From Minisyncoccia bacterium (lineage in GTDB: Bacteria > Patescibacteriota > Minisyncoccia > Phycocordibacterales > Phycocordibacteraceae), in the NCBI GenBank assembly GCA_038207395.1, contig JBBQZW010000002.1, forward strand, positions 309-64,308: DNA of 64,000 bases, read 5' to 3'. The notes below the pieces were generated by a model. It made no database searches and had not been told where the DNA came from. It worked only from the letters and a program-made list of their open reading frames with translations. The translations under genes were made by a program, and so were the position numbers. Below, piece after piece: positions 37,840-46,552 of the stretch (its first letter is position 1; every line of letters starts with the position of its first letter).

Positions 37840-38295
37840 TTGCGTTTATGCGATGGTAAAGGAATGAGTCTATCTGCAAAGCCAACCGGAGACCTTCTTC
37901 AAGCTCACGGTTTACGACGCACTCCAGCACGCATCTCCCTTTTGAAGGTGCTTGCTGCTGAAAGCCGCCCTGTTTCCGTAGAATATTTACAGAAAAAACT
38001 TAAGAATACTCTTGATCCAGTAACCTTGTACCGTGCTCTTGAGGCATTTAGTAAACGAGGTATCCTTGTGCAATTCGACTTCGGACACGGGCATGCACAT
38101 TATGAGCTTGTCCATGAAAAACCTCACCATCACCATGCAGTGTGCGAAACGTGTGGAAAAATTGAAGATGTTCCTGCGTATGATCAAACAAATCTAGTAT
38201 CACAAGCCTTGCAAAAGATTCCTGGATTTGCACGACTGGACCGACATTCACTCGAGTTCTACGGGCAATGCGTTCCGTGTGCGAATTACCCATAA
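37840..38295 (+). CDS. Fur family transcriptional regulator (probably Zur, given the adjacent ZIP transporter)
   Basis: DNA-binding helix RRTPARISLLKVLAAESRPVSVEYL and metal sites HHHAVCETCGKIEDV...CVPC. Confidence 0.75.
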   Translation: MRLCDGKGMSLSAKPTGDLLQAHGLRRTPARISLLKVLAAESRPVSVEYLQKKLKNTLDPVTLYRALEAFSKRGILVQFDFGHGHAHYELVHEKPHHHHAVCETCGKIEDVPAYDQTNLVSQALQKIPGFARLDRHSLEFYGQCVPCANYP

Positions 38296-38304
38296 CTTTT
38301 TTCT

Positions 38305-39042
38305 ATGAGCCCGTACTTCATTCTTCTTATTGCACTTGCTGCAGCTGGCGCCACACTCATTGGTGGTGCGCTCGCGCTTAGACTGCGCGATAAACTCCAT
38401 CTCGTGCTGGGGTTTTCTGCAGGTGCCGTTATTGCTGTTGCCTTCTTTGATCTAATACCTGAATCAATTGATCTCGGCCTTCAGTACCATTCCGTAAATA
38501 CGATTCTCACATTCACGGCATTAGGTTTTTTTGCATATACCATTCTCGACCGACTCATTACGCTTCACACCCACTCAGATGATGAGGGGGTTCATATGCA
38601 TGGAGCACCTCGTCGCGCGCTTGTGGGTGCAGGCTCACTTTCAAGCCACAGTTTCCTTGATGGTTTTGCTATAGGACTCGCCTTTCAAGCGTCACCCGTA
38701 ATTGGGGGCATTGTCGCTGTTGCGGTACTTACCCATGATTTCTCTGATGGGATTAATACGGTGAATCTTGTTATTAAAAACGGAGGAAGTCGAGCACTCG
38801 CATTTAAATGGCTCCTCGTGGACGCAGCAGCGCCCATACTGGGCGCTGCTGCCACTCTCTTCATTCGTGTACCCGAAAGCGCGCTTTCTCTTATACTCGC
38901 CGTCTTTGCAGGATTCTTCCTCTACATCGGCGCGTCTGATCTTCTTCCTGAAAGCCACCATAAGCATCCTAAGGCGCTTACAACCGTGCTCACTCTCTTA
39001 GGTGCCTTCGTTCTCTATCTAGCTATTCAAATAGCCGGCTAA
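38305..39042 (+). CDS. ZIP family zinc transporter (ZupT-like)
   Basis: HSFLDGFAIGLAFQ and HDFSDG motifs within TM helices. Confidence 0.8.
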   Translation: MSPYFILLIALAAAGATLIGGALALRLRDKLHLVLGFSAGAVIAVAFFDLIPESIDLGLQYHSVNTILTFTALGFFAYTILDRLITLHTHSDDEGVHMHGAPRRALVGAGSLSSHSFLDGFAIGLAFQASPVIGGIVAVAVLTHDFSDGINTVNLVIKNGGSRALAFKWLLVDAAAPILGAAATLFIRVPESALSLILAVFAGFFLYIGASDLLPESHHKHPKALTTVLTLLGAFVLYLAIQIAG

Positions 39043-39052
39043 TAGGACTCAG

Positions 39053-39748
39053 TTAGTTTCCGGGCTCATTTGACTGCACTGTTCCAAGCATCGTTTCAAG
39101 CGCAGCAATGGTTGAAAGAGACCTCACGTTTAGAGCAGGATCAGTCCAGTTCTTTACGTCATGTTGAATACCTTCGAACCGAAGTACATCATTCTGACGG
39201 GGGAGATAGTACTCAACATGCACCATCGCTTCAAAGCGCTCAACAACAATCATCTGATAGGTCTTCCCGTTAATTATGACGGGTTTAAATTCAGTCATTG
39301 CTTTTGGTTGAATGCCTGATGACTCATAGGTCGTTTGCGAAAGCATGACTGCATTAGCATCCCTCCCTGTTGGGATTGGGTACCGGCGAACAATAATACT
39401 GTCAGGAACTGACGTGGTACTCACGATGGGACTTTTTTGAAAAGCACCGATGAGTGTTGGTTCTGCTCCATATGCATTTTCATCAGTCGTAAATGCTTGG
39501 GGAAGAACAAAGCTGAGGCCAGCTTCTGGAATTTCAATGTTAGGAAGGGTGCATGCTGCGAACTGGCACGAAGTTCCGCTACGAGCCACAGACGTGCCGT
39601 CAGGGCACACTTTTGCGTCTGTAGGGCATGCCGTGGTTCCGGGTGCAGTATTCGTTGCATGACTCGGTGCTTCGACTGTAGCGCGATAGGCAAAACCAGC
39701 AATACCAATGATGACGAGGAGGATAACGAAGGCAAAGAGTTGTTTCAT
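39053..39748 (-). CDS. Secreted hypothetical protein
   Basis: Signal peptide MKQLFAFVILLVIIGIAGFAY followed by a Cys-containing mature region. There is no family assignment. Confidence 0.45.
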   Translation of the reverse strand: MKQLFAFVILLVIIGIAGFAYRATVEAPSHATNTAPGTTACPTDAKVCPDGTSVARSGTSCQFAACTLPNIEIPEAGLSFVLPQAFTTDENAYGAEPTLIGAFQKSPIVSTTSVPDSIIVRRYPIPTGRDANAVMLSQTTYESSGIQPKAMTEFKPVIINGKTYQMIVVERFEAMVHVEYYLPRQNDVLRFEGIQHDVKNWTDPALNVRSLSTIAALETMLGTVQSNEPGN

Positions 39749-39765
39749 TTCGTTTTTAAATTATC

Positions 39766-39842
39766 TGGGGCGACCTACGGGACTCGAACCCGTGACCGTC
39801 GGTACCACAAACCGATGCTCTACCAGCTGAGCTAAGACCGCC
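39766..39842 (-). tRNA. tRNA-His (anticodon GTG) with a genomically encoded G-1 and CCA
   Basis: Hand-folded cloverleaf: G-1 pairs with C73, acceptor stem GCGGTCT/AGGTCGC, anticodon loop TTGTGGT, T-loop TTCGAGT. Confidence 0.8.
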
Positions 39843-39888
39843 ATAAATCTGCAGTGCAGATATCACGCGTTATACCATATAACGCGTC

Positions 39889-40458
39889 TTATTTATACTT
39901 CGGCGTCTGACGCACAATACCAGCACTCTCATTTGCAAAGCGCGCGAGTGCGAACAAAAGCGAAGAGAGTCGGTTCAAGTATGCCTTTGTGTTTGGTGAG
40001 ATAGTTTGAATTCCTAGCTCAGCGACTGCTATAACCCGTCGTTCAGCGCGTCGTGCTAGCGTGCGTGCCACATCAAGCGTTGCAGAAAGTTCCGTACCTC
40101 CAGCAACACTAAAGGTGGTTATTGGTGGCATCAGTTTCTCAAGGGTATCGGTAATGCGTTCTGTTTCTGTGACCTTCGACTTCCCCACCTTCTTAGGCGC
40201 GCCCGCAACTTCTGCCTGCACAATAAAAAGTGTTTCTTGGATGTCTGCGAGAATTGCCGATGTGCTACGTGCACGCTTCCCTATCGATACTTTAGGGTCA
40301 TGATCACGCGAAGCTTTCACTTTTGATAATCCAATAAATGAATTGAGTTCATCAAGCGTACCGAGCGCCTCAGGAAGTTCCGAAGCTTTTGAAATACGTT
40401 CCTGGTTAGCGCCAAATGTTTTTGTGGTACCCCCATCTCCCTTTCCGGTGTAAAGCAT
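39889..40458 (-). CDS. ATP:cob(I)alamin adenosyltransferase, PduO/MMAB type
   Basis: MLYTGKGDGGTTKTFGANQERISKASELPEALGTLDELNSFIGL matches the PduO-type N-terminal signature. The start is approximate. Confidence 0.65.
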   Translation of the reverse strand: MLYTGKGDGGTTKTFGANQERISKASELPEALGTLDELNSFIGLSKVKASRDHDPKVSIGKRARSTSAILADIQETLFIVQAEVAGAPKKVGKSKVTETERITDTLEKLMPPITTFSVAGGTELSATLDVARTLARRAERRVIAVAELGIQTISPNTKAYLNRLSSLLFALARFANESAGIVRQTPKYK

Positions 40459-40541
40459 ATAGATACGAGTATACCAATACTTGCGGAGCACTGTCAGATA
40501 TGGTCGTATGGTAGCGGACACCTTAAACACAGGAGGCAGTA

Positions 40542-41186
40542 GTGGCCCATTCGACTCACTTTGAAGGATGCGTCGCTGCATCCACCAGTGAATGTACCTG
40601 CGAAGCTCGTAGATACTGGTACATCTTTTTACTCACGATCGCCATCGTTGCGGTCCAGTTAGTGGGCAGTGTCCTTTCAGGAAGTCTTGCGCTTCTTGCA
40701 GATACTGCTCACGCAGCACTCGACGGTGCGAGCGCGCTAATTTCGGTGTTTGTTGCGCACGCTGCGCGTTCTCATCAGAATCCTGAAAGGATGCGGGTAA
40801 GATGGATGCGGGTAAGTGGAGCAATTCTGCTACTCGCACTTGTCTGGATTTGCTACGAAGCGTATGAACGATTCACTAGCGCTCAGGCCGTTTTCGGGCC
40901 TAGCGTTATGGTAGCGGCGAGTATTGGTGCCCTTATCAATTACGCTCAGCACCGACTCGTTCCTCACGATCACAGCGTGACCGCCAAAGCTCAGCGTTTA
41001 CACGTTCTGAGTGATCTCGCCTCAAGTATCCTTGTGGTATTGGGAGGAGGTCTCATTTGGCTGACCGGAATAATGGTACTGGATCCAGTGATCTCGCTCG
41101 TCGTCGTTGGCGTTGTGGGATACTCCACCATTACAATGATGCTGAACAGGAACACTGATCATAGTCACCACGGTCACCCGCACTAA
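40542..41186 (+). CDS. Cation diffusion facilitator family transporter, TM domain only with a His-rich C-terminus
   Basis: SLALLADTAHAALDGASALISVF is the CDF TM2 signature. The C-terminus ends HSHHGHPH and lacks a C-terminal cytoplasmic domain. Confidence 0.55.
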   Translation: MAHSTHFEGCVAASTSECTCEARRYWYIFLLTIAIVAVQLVGSVLSGSLALLADTAHAALDGASALISVFVAHAARSHQNPERMRVRWMRVSGAILLLALVWICYEAYERFTSAQAVFGPSVMVAASIGALINYAQHRLVPHDHSVTAKAQRLHVLSDLASSILVVLGGGLIWLTGIMVLDPVISLVVVGVVGYSTITMMLNRNTDHSHHGHPH

Positions 41187-41197
41187 CGAACGACTAC

Positions 41198-41230
41198 GGC
41201 CGCGCCCTTTCGGGACGCGGCCTTTTTTTA
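41198..41230 (+). terminator. Intrinsic terminator (GGCCGCGCCCtttcGGGaCGCGGCC + TTTTTTT)
   Basis: Strong GC hairpin plus a T7 run directly after the stop of the CDF transporter gene. Confidence 0.75.
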
Positions 41231-41245
41231 TTTCCTACTTTTCTT

Positions 41246-41330
41246 TGGTGCCCGGGAGAGGACTTGAACCTCCACGCCTTGCGGCACATCCACCTCAAGG
41301 ATGCTTGTCTACCAATTTCAACACCCGGGC
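41246..41330 (-). tRNA. tRNA-Leu (anticodon GAG), type II with a long variable arm, CCA encoded
   Basis: Hand-folded: acceptor GCCCGGG/CCCGGGC, anticodon loop TTGAGGT, variable arm TGCCGCAAGGCGTGG, T-loop TTCAAGT. Confidence 0.8.
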
Positions 41331-41369
41331 CTGTATCCTTTCAGGATTTGCCTACTATACGGGACGAGC

Positions 41370-41409
41370 AGTCAAAAAGAAAGAGCGCTTTCGCGCTCTT
41401 TCTTTTTGA
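41370..41409. terminator. Palindromic bidirectional terminator (gtcaaaaagaaagagcgc tttc gcgctctttctttttgac)
   Basis: 18 bp perfect palindrome immediately downstream of the rplS stop. Confidence 0.6.
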
Positions 41410-41410
41410 C

Positions 41411-41947
41411 TTACGCCGCTTCTTTTTCTTCTGGCGTCATTTCCTGAACTTCAGGAGTTTCTGGTGCTCCTCTTACCTCCTCTGAAGGAGTCATGTCAGC
41501 GCCTTCAGGTGTTTGTGTTGGTTCTGTTTCAAGAACTTCCTCAACCACTTCTGCTTCAATAGGCTCCACAACCTTGAAATCATCGGTTGAAACCTTAACG
41601 AGACGCATGTTACGGAGCTGGCGACGAACTTCACGAGCAACTTTCTCACGAATGAAGTAGAGTTTTGCGCGACGAACCTTCGAACGACGAGTAATTTCAA
41701 TCTTTTCAATAAATGGCGCGTAGAGCGGGAAAATACGTTCAACACCAATACCAGACATGGTTGCGCGGACCGTAAATGTCGCTCCCGCTTCAGTACCGTG
41801 CTTAACGGCAATGACAAGACCTTCAAATACCTGCGTACGGGTCTTACCCTTCTCAACAATCTTCTGATGCACACGCACGGTATCACCTGGGCGAATGCCA
41901 AGCTGCGCGCGCTCCTGGGGATTAACGGGAGTTATAACTGCGTTCAT
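41411..41947 (-). CDS. rplS: 50S ribosomal protein L19 with a Glu/Thr/Pro-rich C-terminal extension
   Basis: [48 protein letters not shown] is the L19 core. Confidence 0.9.
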   Translation of the reverse strand: MNAVITPVNPQERAQLGIRPGDTVRVHQKIVEKGKTRTQVFEGLVIAVKHGTEAGATFTVRATMSGIGVERIFPLYAPFIEKIEITRRSKVRRAKLYFIREKVAREVRRQLRNMRLVKVSTDDFKVVEPIEAEVVEEVLETEPTQTPEGADMTPSEEVRGAPETPEVQEMTPEEKEAA

Positions 41948-41996
41948 AGTGGTGCAAATGTACCACAGACGTTTACGGGACGCAAAAGTAGGCCTG

Positions 41997-42066
41997 CAGA
42001 CGTAGTGTTTCCTGCGTGCTCACCTCGGGACAGGTACGGTTCCGCGCGCAGGAAACACTACGTCTC
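41997..42066 (-). promoter_or_regulatory. 20 bp perfect inverted repeat with a 30 nt loop in the rplS 5' region (also 3' of rluA), a candidate leader element or terminator
   Basis: cagacgtagtgtttcctgcg (41997-42016) is exactly complementary to cgcaggaaacactacgtctc (42047-42066). Confidence 0.4.
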
Positions 42067-42070
42067 CCGT

Positions 42071-42808
42071 CTAGTCCAGCGAGCCTTCAACGAAGCCAAA
42101 GGTAGCTGCGGCGGCTTGGAGTTCAAGGGGGAGGGGTGCGGTTAGAGTGAGTTTTTCTCCATCTGGCAGTGGGAGCTCGAGGCGGTAGGCATGAAGGCCA
42201 AGGCGTGAAAAGCCGAGATCAGCCGGATGGTTCGGTGCATACAACGGATCACCAACAATGGGATGGTGCACAGCTTTAAGATGTACGCGGATTTGGTGCG
42301 TGCGTCCGGTAAGTGGCTCAACCGTAAGGAGTGAGTGCGTTGCGGTCTCCCCTAGTACCTTCCAGTGAGTAAGTGCGTCACGCATCTGCCCTTTCGCGCC
42401 ACGCTGTGCTGAACGCAGACGAAAATCTTTTCGTGACCGACCAATAGGAAGATCGATCACTCCTTTCTTGTCCTCTTTAAAGTTTCCGTACACAAAGGCG
42501 AGGTAGGTCTTGTGAATTACGTGCTCCTTGAATGCTTCTTTTAGAAAGGCGTGCGCTTCGGGTGTTTTGGCAAGCACCATAATGCCAGAGGTATCCCGGT
42601 CCAAGCGGTGGACTATACCTGGGCGCGCCAGTACTGTTCCGTTTACGAGAATTTGTGTTTCTCCAACGTCTTTTGACGCGGGATATTTTGATGCAAACCA
42701 ATCACTGACGGTTTCGTCAGTGGCATGCCCATCAGGGTGGGACATGATGCCAACGGGCTTATTAATAGCCACCAGGTCATCATTTTCATATAAAATGGGA
42801 ATCTCCAT
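42071..42808 (-). CDS. RluA family pseudouridine synthase
   Basis: Catalytic HRLDRDTSGIMVLAKT motif and the RluA-type core. Confidence 0.8.
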   Translation of the reverse strand: MEIPILYENDDLVAINKPVGIMSHPDGHATDETVSDWFASKYPASKDVGETQILVNGTVLARPGIVHRLDRDTSGIMVLAKTPEAHAFLKEAFKEHVIHKTYLAFVYGNFKEDKKGVIDLPIGRSRKDFRLRSAQRGAKGQMRDALTHWKVLGETATHSLLTVEPLTGRTHQIRVHLKAVHHPIVGDPLYAPNHPADLGFSRLGLHAYRLELPLPDGEKLTLTAPLPLELQAAAATFGFVEGSLD

Positions 42809-42915
42809 GGGCGTACCTTAGCACATTCGCTTATATAGTGGTTCTTTTTCCCATACCACTCTCCCGTTGAGGGGGTCTTTAAAAAAATCTCAGAGTGCGG
42901 TATGGTTCTTGGTAC

Positions 42916-42988
42916 GGGCGATTAGCTCAGTTGGTAGAGCGCTTCATTTACACTGAAGATGTCGGGGGTTCGAGCCCTCCATCGCCCA
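42916..42988 (+). tRNA. tRNA-Val (anticodon TAC), no encoded CCA
   Basis: Hand-folded: acceptor GGGCGAT/ATCGCCC, anticodon loop TTTACAC, T-loop TTCGAGC. Confidence 0.8.
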
Positions 42989-42994
42989 CAAAAT

Positions 42995-43026
42995 AAAAAC
43001 AGACTGTCTTCAGACAGTCTGTTTTT
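42995..43026 (+). terminator. Intrinsic terminator (AAAAACAGACTGTC ttca GACAGTCTGTTTTT)
   Basis: 14 bp perfect stem plus a T-run, 7 nt after tRNA-Val. Confidence 0.7.
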
Positions 43027-43134
43027 ATATCTTTATGGGAGTGCCCCTCCACGGTATCGCACCGTGTCAGGTGAGGCAACGCAAGGGCCATTTGACGCAT
43101 TGAACACGAGCCAGTTCGATGCCTAACGGTAGGG

Positions 43135-43605
43135 TTGTAAATGAGACAAATGAGACACTACTCGCGCATGTCTGGAACTGTCTTATTTACGGCATTCTAG
43201 CAAGTAGAATAAGCGTATTTGAGCTTTTAAGCGTTGTCTCATAAGCATTTCAAACGAGCCACACGGTATCGCACTGGAATCCGACAAATCCGACACCATA
43301 AAAGCGAGAAATATTACAAATCTGACAGGGGGTACGCGAGGCGAAATGCCAACAAATGCCAATTTTTAACAATCTACCAGAGAGAAAATGGCACACTTTG
43401 GCACACATATACGGGGTGTGCCGACAGACTGTCTTTACCCGTCTCCCACATCTCTCCACGAGACAAATCCTCGCTATTCTGGGACTTTTGGGACAGCTCC
43501 ATGTTCCGAAGGGAGGGTGCCATTTTGTAGGGAAGAAATGATATAAAATGCAACGTCAGATTGGAGTTTCATCATGTTGCATTTCGGCAAAATGTGACAA
43601 AAGTG
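43135..43605. repeat. Non-coding array of tandemly duplicated 8-10 bp GACA/GCCA/GGCACA-core motifs (iteron-like)
   Basis: aatgagaca x2 (43140-43157); aatccgaca x2 (43278-43295); aaatgccaa(c/t) x2 (43345-43364); tggcacac x2 (43389-43406); gagacaaatcc (43460); tgggac x2 (43480-43495); (t/a)gtgaca x2 (43585-43600). No ORF exceeds noise level. Confidence 0.55.
43259..43275 (+). repeat. Direct repeat CCACACGGTATCGCACT (copy B). Copy A is CCACGGTATCGCACC at 43049-43063 and copy C is at 48179-48195.
   Basis: 17/17 identity between 43259-43275 and 48179-48195, and a 14 nt core at 43049-43063 that forms a CACGGT-n5-ACCGTG palindrome. Confidence 0.5.
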
Positions 43606-43637
43606 ACACGGGAATGCGGCATCCTACTGTCATTCTG

Positions 43638-45422
43638 TTACTTCTCTCCCAACACCTGAGATCGATACATTTGCGCATAAAGCCCGTCTTCCTTCATAAG
43701 TTCTGTATGGGTACCCTCCGCAGCCAGATTCCCTCCATCTAACACCAAGATATGATTGGCATTTCTAATAGTTGTAAACCGATGAGAAATAAAGAGGATT
43801 GTTATGTTATTGGGTAACATGCTGAGGTTTTGGAAAATAGCCTCCTCCGAAAGAGCGTCAATAGAACTTGTGGGTTCATCAAGCACAACAAAATTCGCGG
43901 CGCGTGAAAGAGTCCGTGCTATAGCAATCTTCTGGAACTGCCCTCCCGATAACTCTTTGCCGCCGTATTCAGAACTTTGCATTAAATCAAGGCCGGTTTC
44001 CTTGTCGATAATTGAGTCAGCGCTAGATTTTCTTAATAAGTCGTATATTTCGTCATCACTCAAGTCTTTTTTAGAAAAGAGTTCAATAGACTCTTTAATG
44101 GACAGGTAATCGTACCTAGAAAAATCCTGCATAAGCACTCCTAGGTTTTCATACCATGAAGCCAGGTCTACTTCTCGTAAGTCAACGCCGTTTATTAAAA
44201 TTCGACCGGCAGTCGGATCATACATCCTGAGAAGAAGCTTTATGAGAGTTGATTTACCAGCACCATTTAAACCAACGAGGGCAAGTTTCTCTCCAGAAGC
44301 TATCTCAAAAGAAATATCGTTTAGAACAAAATCCTCCTTCCCTGGATATCGGAATGAAACCGCATCAAACGTAATACTTATCTTAGAATCCGCAGGAAGC
44401 TTGACTGGGTTTTCTGTGATATCGATCATTGGTTTAGTGGCAAGGTAGTCTTTTACGTGCTTAATGTAGGGAATTGTCTCATTAATTTCACTTATGCTTT
44501 TGACTACTCCCGCCAGCGAAGAGTTAACGGAGTACAAGACACCAAAAGCAAATACTATTTCGCCAATGGAGAGAACTCCGAGATAACCTTGTAAGACTAT
44601 AAAGTACAACGCTCCGCCAATACTGGCTGTTTCAATAATTTTTACAGCAATATTCGGAACAATAAACTTTTTCTCAATACCGGTATCTTGCTCATATCTC
44701 TTATTTAAGAAGAGATCTATTTTGTTCAAAAGAGCCCACGTTCTGTTCGAAATAATTAATTCTTGTATGGTCCGTTTGGATTGAAACGAATCTCTCATTG
44801 ACCAGAACGCTCGCCTTTCAGTCGTGAGACTGTCCCAAGCCTCTCGTTTATTCCTTGTATAGAAAACTTCTAAAACAAATGCAGGTATTGTTCCTAAGAC
44901 AACTGAAAGTGCTGCGATAGGATGAATTGAGAAAATTATTCCTGCTCCAAGAATAAGCGCTATCAGCAGGCCAGTAAGTTGTGATATTTCATTAGGTAGA
45001 GCACGCAACTGATAAAGCGCTCGGTCGTAGACCTTGTTCTTAAGGTCTTGAAATTCTGGCTGTTCAATTCTACCTATATCAAGGCTTGCGTAGTGACGTA
45101 GCAGTAATTGAGTGTAGTGTCTTTCTTGCTTATCCGTGAAGACCGCGTTAATCAGTGACCAATTCAAATAGGTTAAAGTATCTCTTACTGCGGTAAAACT
45201 CAGCAGAATGAGTGCAGGTATGATGACTACCCAAATGCCTTCGTGAACTCTGGAAAATGAATCAATCAGATTACCTTGTAGCTTTGCATACACAATAAAG
45301 AATACGGAGAGTAGGATCGTAGCAATATTTGCAATGACGAATAAAAACGGAGATATCTTAAAAGATTGGAGAACTGACCACCACGCAAGTGATGTCGCAT
45401 CCCTTAAGCGGGTAATTCTCAT
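43638..45422 (-). CDS. ABC transporter, fused permease plus ATPase (exporter type)
   Basis: N-terminal 6-TM domain. Walker A GLNGAGKST, signature LSGGQFQKIAIARTL, Walker B FVVLDEPTSSID and an H-loop. Confidence 0.85.
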   Translation of the reverse strand: MRITRLRDATSLAWWSVLQSFKISPFLFVIANIATILLSVFFIVYAKLQGNLIDSFSRVHEGIWVVIIPALILLSFTAVRDTLTYLNWSLINAVFTDKQERHYTQLLLRHYASLDIGRIEQPEFQDLKNKVYDRALYQLRALPNEISQLTGLLIALILGAGIIFSIHPIAALSVVLGTIPAFVLEVFYTRNKREAWDSLTTERRAFWSMRDSFQSKRTIQELIISNRTWALLNKIDLFLNKRYEQDTGIEKKFIVPNIAVKIIETASIGGALYFIVLQGYLGVLSIGEIVFAFGVLYSVNSSLAGVVKSISEINETIPYIKHVKDYLATKPMIDITENPVKLPADSKISITFDAVSFRYPGKEDFVLNDISFEIASGEKLALVGLNGAGKSTLIKLLLRMYDPTAGRILINGVDLREVDLASWYENLGVLMQDFSRYDYLSIKESIELFSKKDLSDDEIYDLLRKSSADSIIDKETGLDLMQSSEYGGKELSGGQFQKIAIARTLSRAANFVVLDEPTSSIDALSEEAIFQNLSMLPNNITILFISHRFTTIRNANHILVLDGGNLAAEGTHTELMKEDGLYAQMYRSQVLGEK

Positions 45423-46552
45423 ATCGGATACTTATTCATAACTTCTATAAATTTAGCTTCCGTTTCAGGCGTAATTGCAGCGAAGAAGGGGGTCATGTTG
45501 TTGTCGAGTCCTGTGTCTGCAATATAGTGCTCCCGTGCGTAGTCCAAGTGCTTTTGAGTAAAAGTCTCATTACCCTTAAAACCAAAGTAATTTTTTAGTT
45601 GTGCCATCCGCTCGGTTATCTCCTCGGGCTTCTGTAGATAGTTTGCAAATCGGTTCTGGGGGTCTTCTGTGACAGCTACATTCTGGAGTTCTCTTAGAAC
45701 ATCGAGATCGAGAACAGATTGAATCTCAGTCGCGTCAGATCCTTGAAAATCCCGCATACCGTGTCCTTTCTCGTGAGCTTCAATAATCATTTTTTGCCGC
45801 ACAGTGAGAGGTCCACTCTCGCGCGACTCGCCATCAGAAAATACGACACCAGGCTCACCGATATTTCCCATGCCCGCGTTTGTGGGCTTCTTTCCGTATT
45901 CAGCCGCATTGCCTATCTGGGTATGGCTAAATATAGAATCGATATTCTTGTCGTAATTCTCAATCTGGCTTTCGTAGTGTGAGCGAAATTTCTTCGGCTT
46001 ATCGTAGAGCCCCACAGTCCCTTCTTTTAAAGAAGATAAAGCTTCTAATCTAGTGTCAAAAAACTTCTGCTTGATAGCTGGATCCCCTAACCTCTCCTGA
46101 AGCACTAATGTCCAGTGGCCTGGATAGTTTGCTTGCGAGCGAATAACTTCTGCTTCAAGCGCGTCTATATCAAAAGACTCTTGAGTTAAATCTTGATCAG
46201 AATTCAACCCTAATGACTCACGCACTTGAGACAGTTTTCCCCTAGAAGTCTCTTCTTTTAGCGAGGCCTCAAGCTTAGCTTCTGCCGCGGTTCTGTTGCT
46301 TTGATAAGCATTGATAGATTCCATTTCTGAACTCCTTTCTGGAGAAGGGTCACTCTGGTCTAAGTCCTCTAGACCATCTTTTTGTTTTTCCTCAGCAGGA
46401 AGGGGGCGGGGAGGATTCTCATTCATATTAGTAATTATAGCTTGAGACGTGAACTCGGGTGTAAGGTTCCCAACAACCCCTCCTGGACTCCCAGGACACT
46501 CTGCGTCATCCATTAGACCGTTATCAATAACGGCACAATATGGAAACAGCAA
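45419..46552 (-). CDS. Hypothetical protein with an HExxH motif (possible metallopeptidase-like), translationally coupled to the ABC exporter
   Basis: 377 aa [16 protein letters not shown] contains HExxH. The acidic N-terminal half is low-complexity. Its stop overlaps the ABC gene start (atga). Confidence 0.45.
   Translation of the reverse strand: MLFPYCAVIDNGLMDDAECPGSPGGVVGNLTPEFTSQAIITNMNENPPRPLPAEEKQKDGLEDLDQSDPSPERSSEMESINAYQSNRTAAEAKLEASLKEETSRGKLSQVRESLGLNSDQDLTQESFDIDALEAEVIRSQANYPGHWTLVLQERLGDPAIKQKFFDTRLEALSSLKEGTVGLYDKPKKFRSHYESQIENYDKNIDSIFSHTQIGNAAEYGKKPTNAGMGNIGEPGVVFSDGESRESGPLTVRQKMIIEAHEKGHGMRDFQGSDATEIQSVLDLDVLRELQNVAVTEDPQNRFANYLQKPEEITERMAQLKNYFGFKGNETFTQKHLDYAREHYIADTGLDNNMTPFFAAITPETEAKFIEVMNKYPI

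Noticed and set aside
43135-43605. Chromosomal replication origin (oriC with DnaA boxes) as the explanation for the tandem-repeat array.
   Set aside because: The motifs (GAGACA/CCGACA/GCCAA/GGCACA) do not match the DnaA-box consensus TTATCCACA. No dnaA or dnaN gene is nearby. The array sits inside a recombinase-bearing island, so an element-specific iteron or binding array is more parsimonious. GC-skew analysis would be needed to exclude oriC fully.
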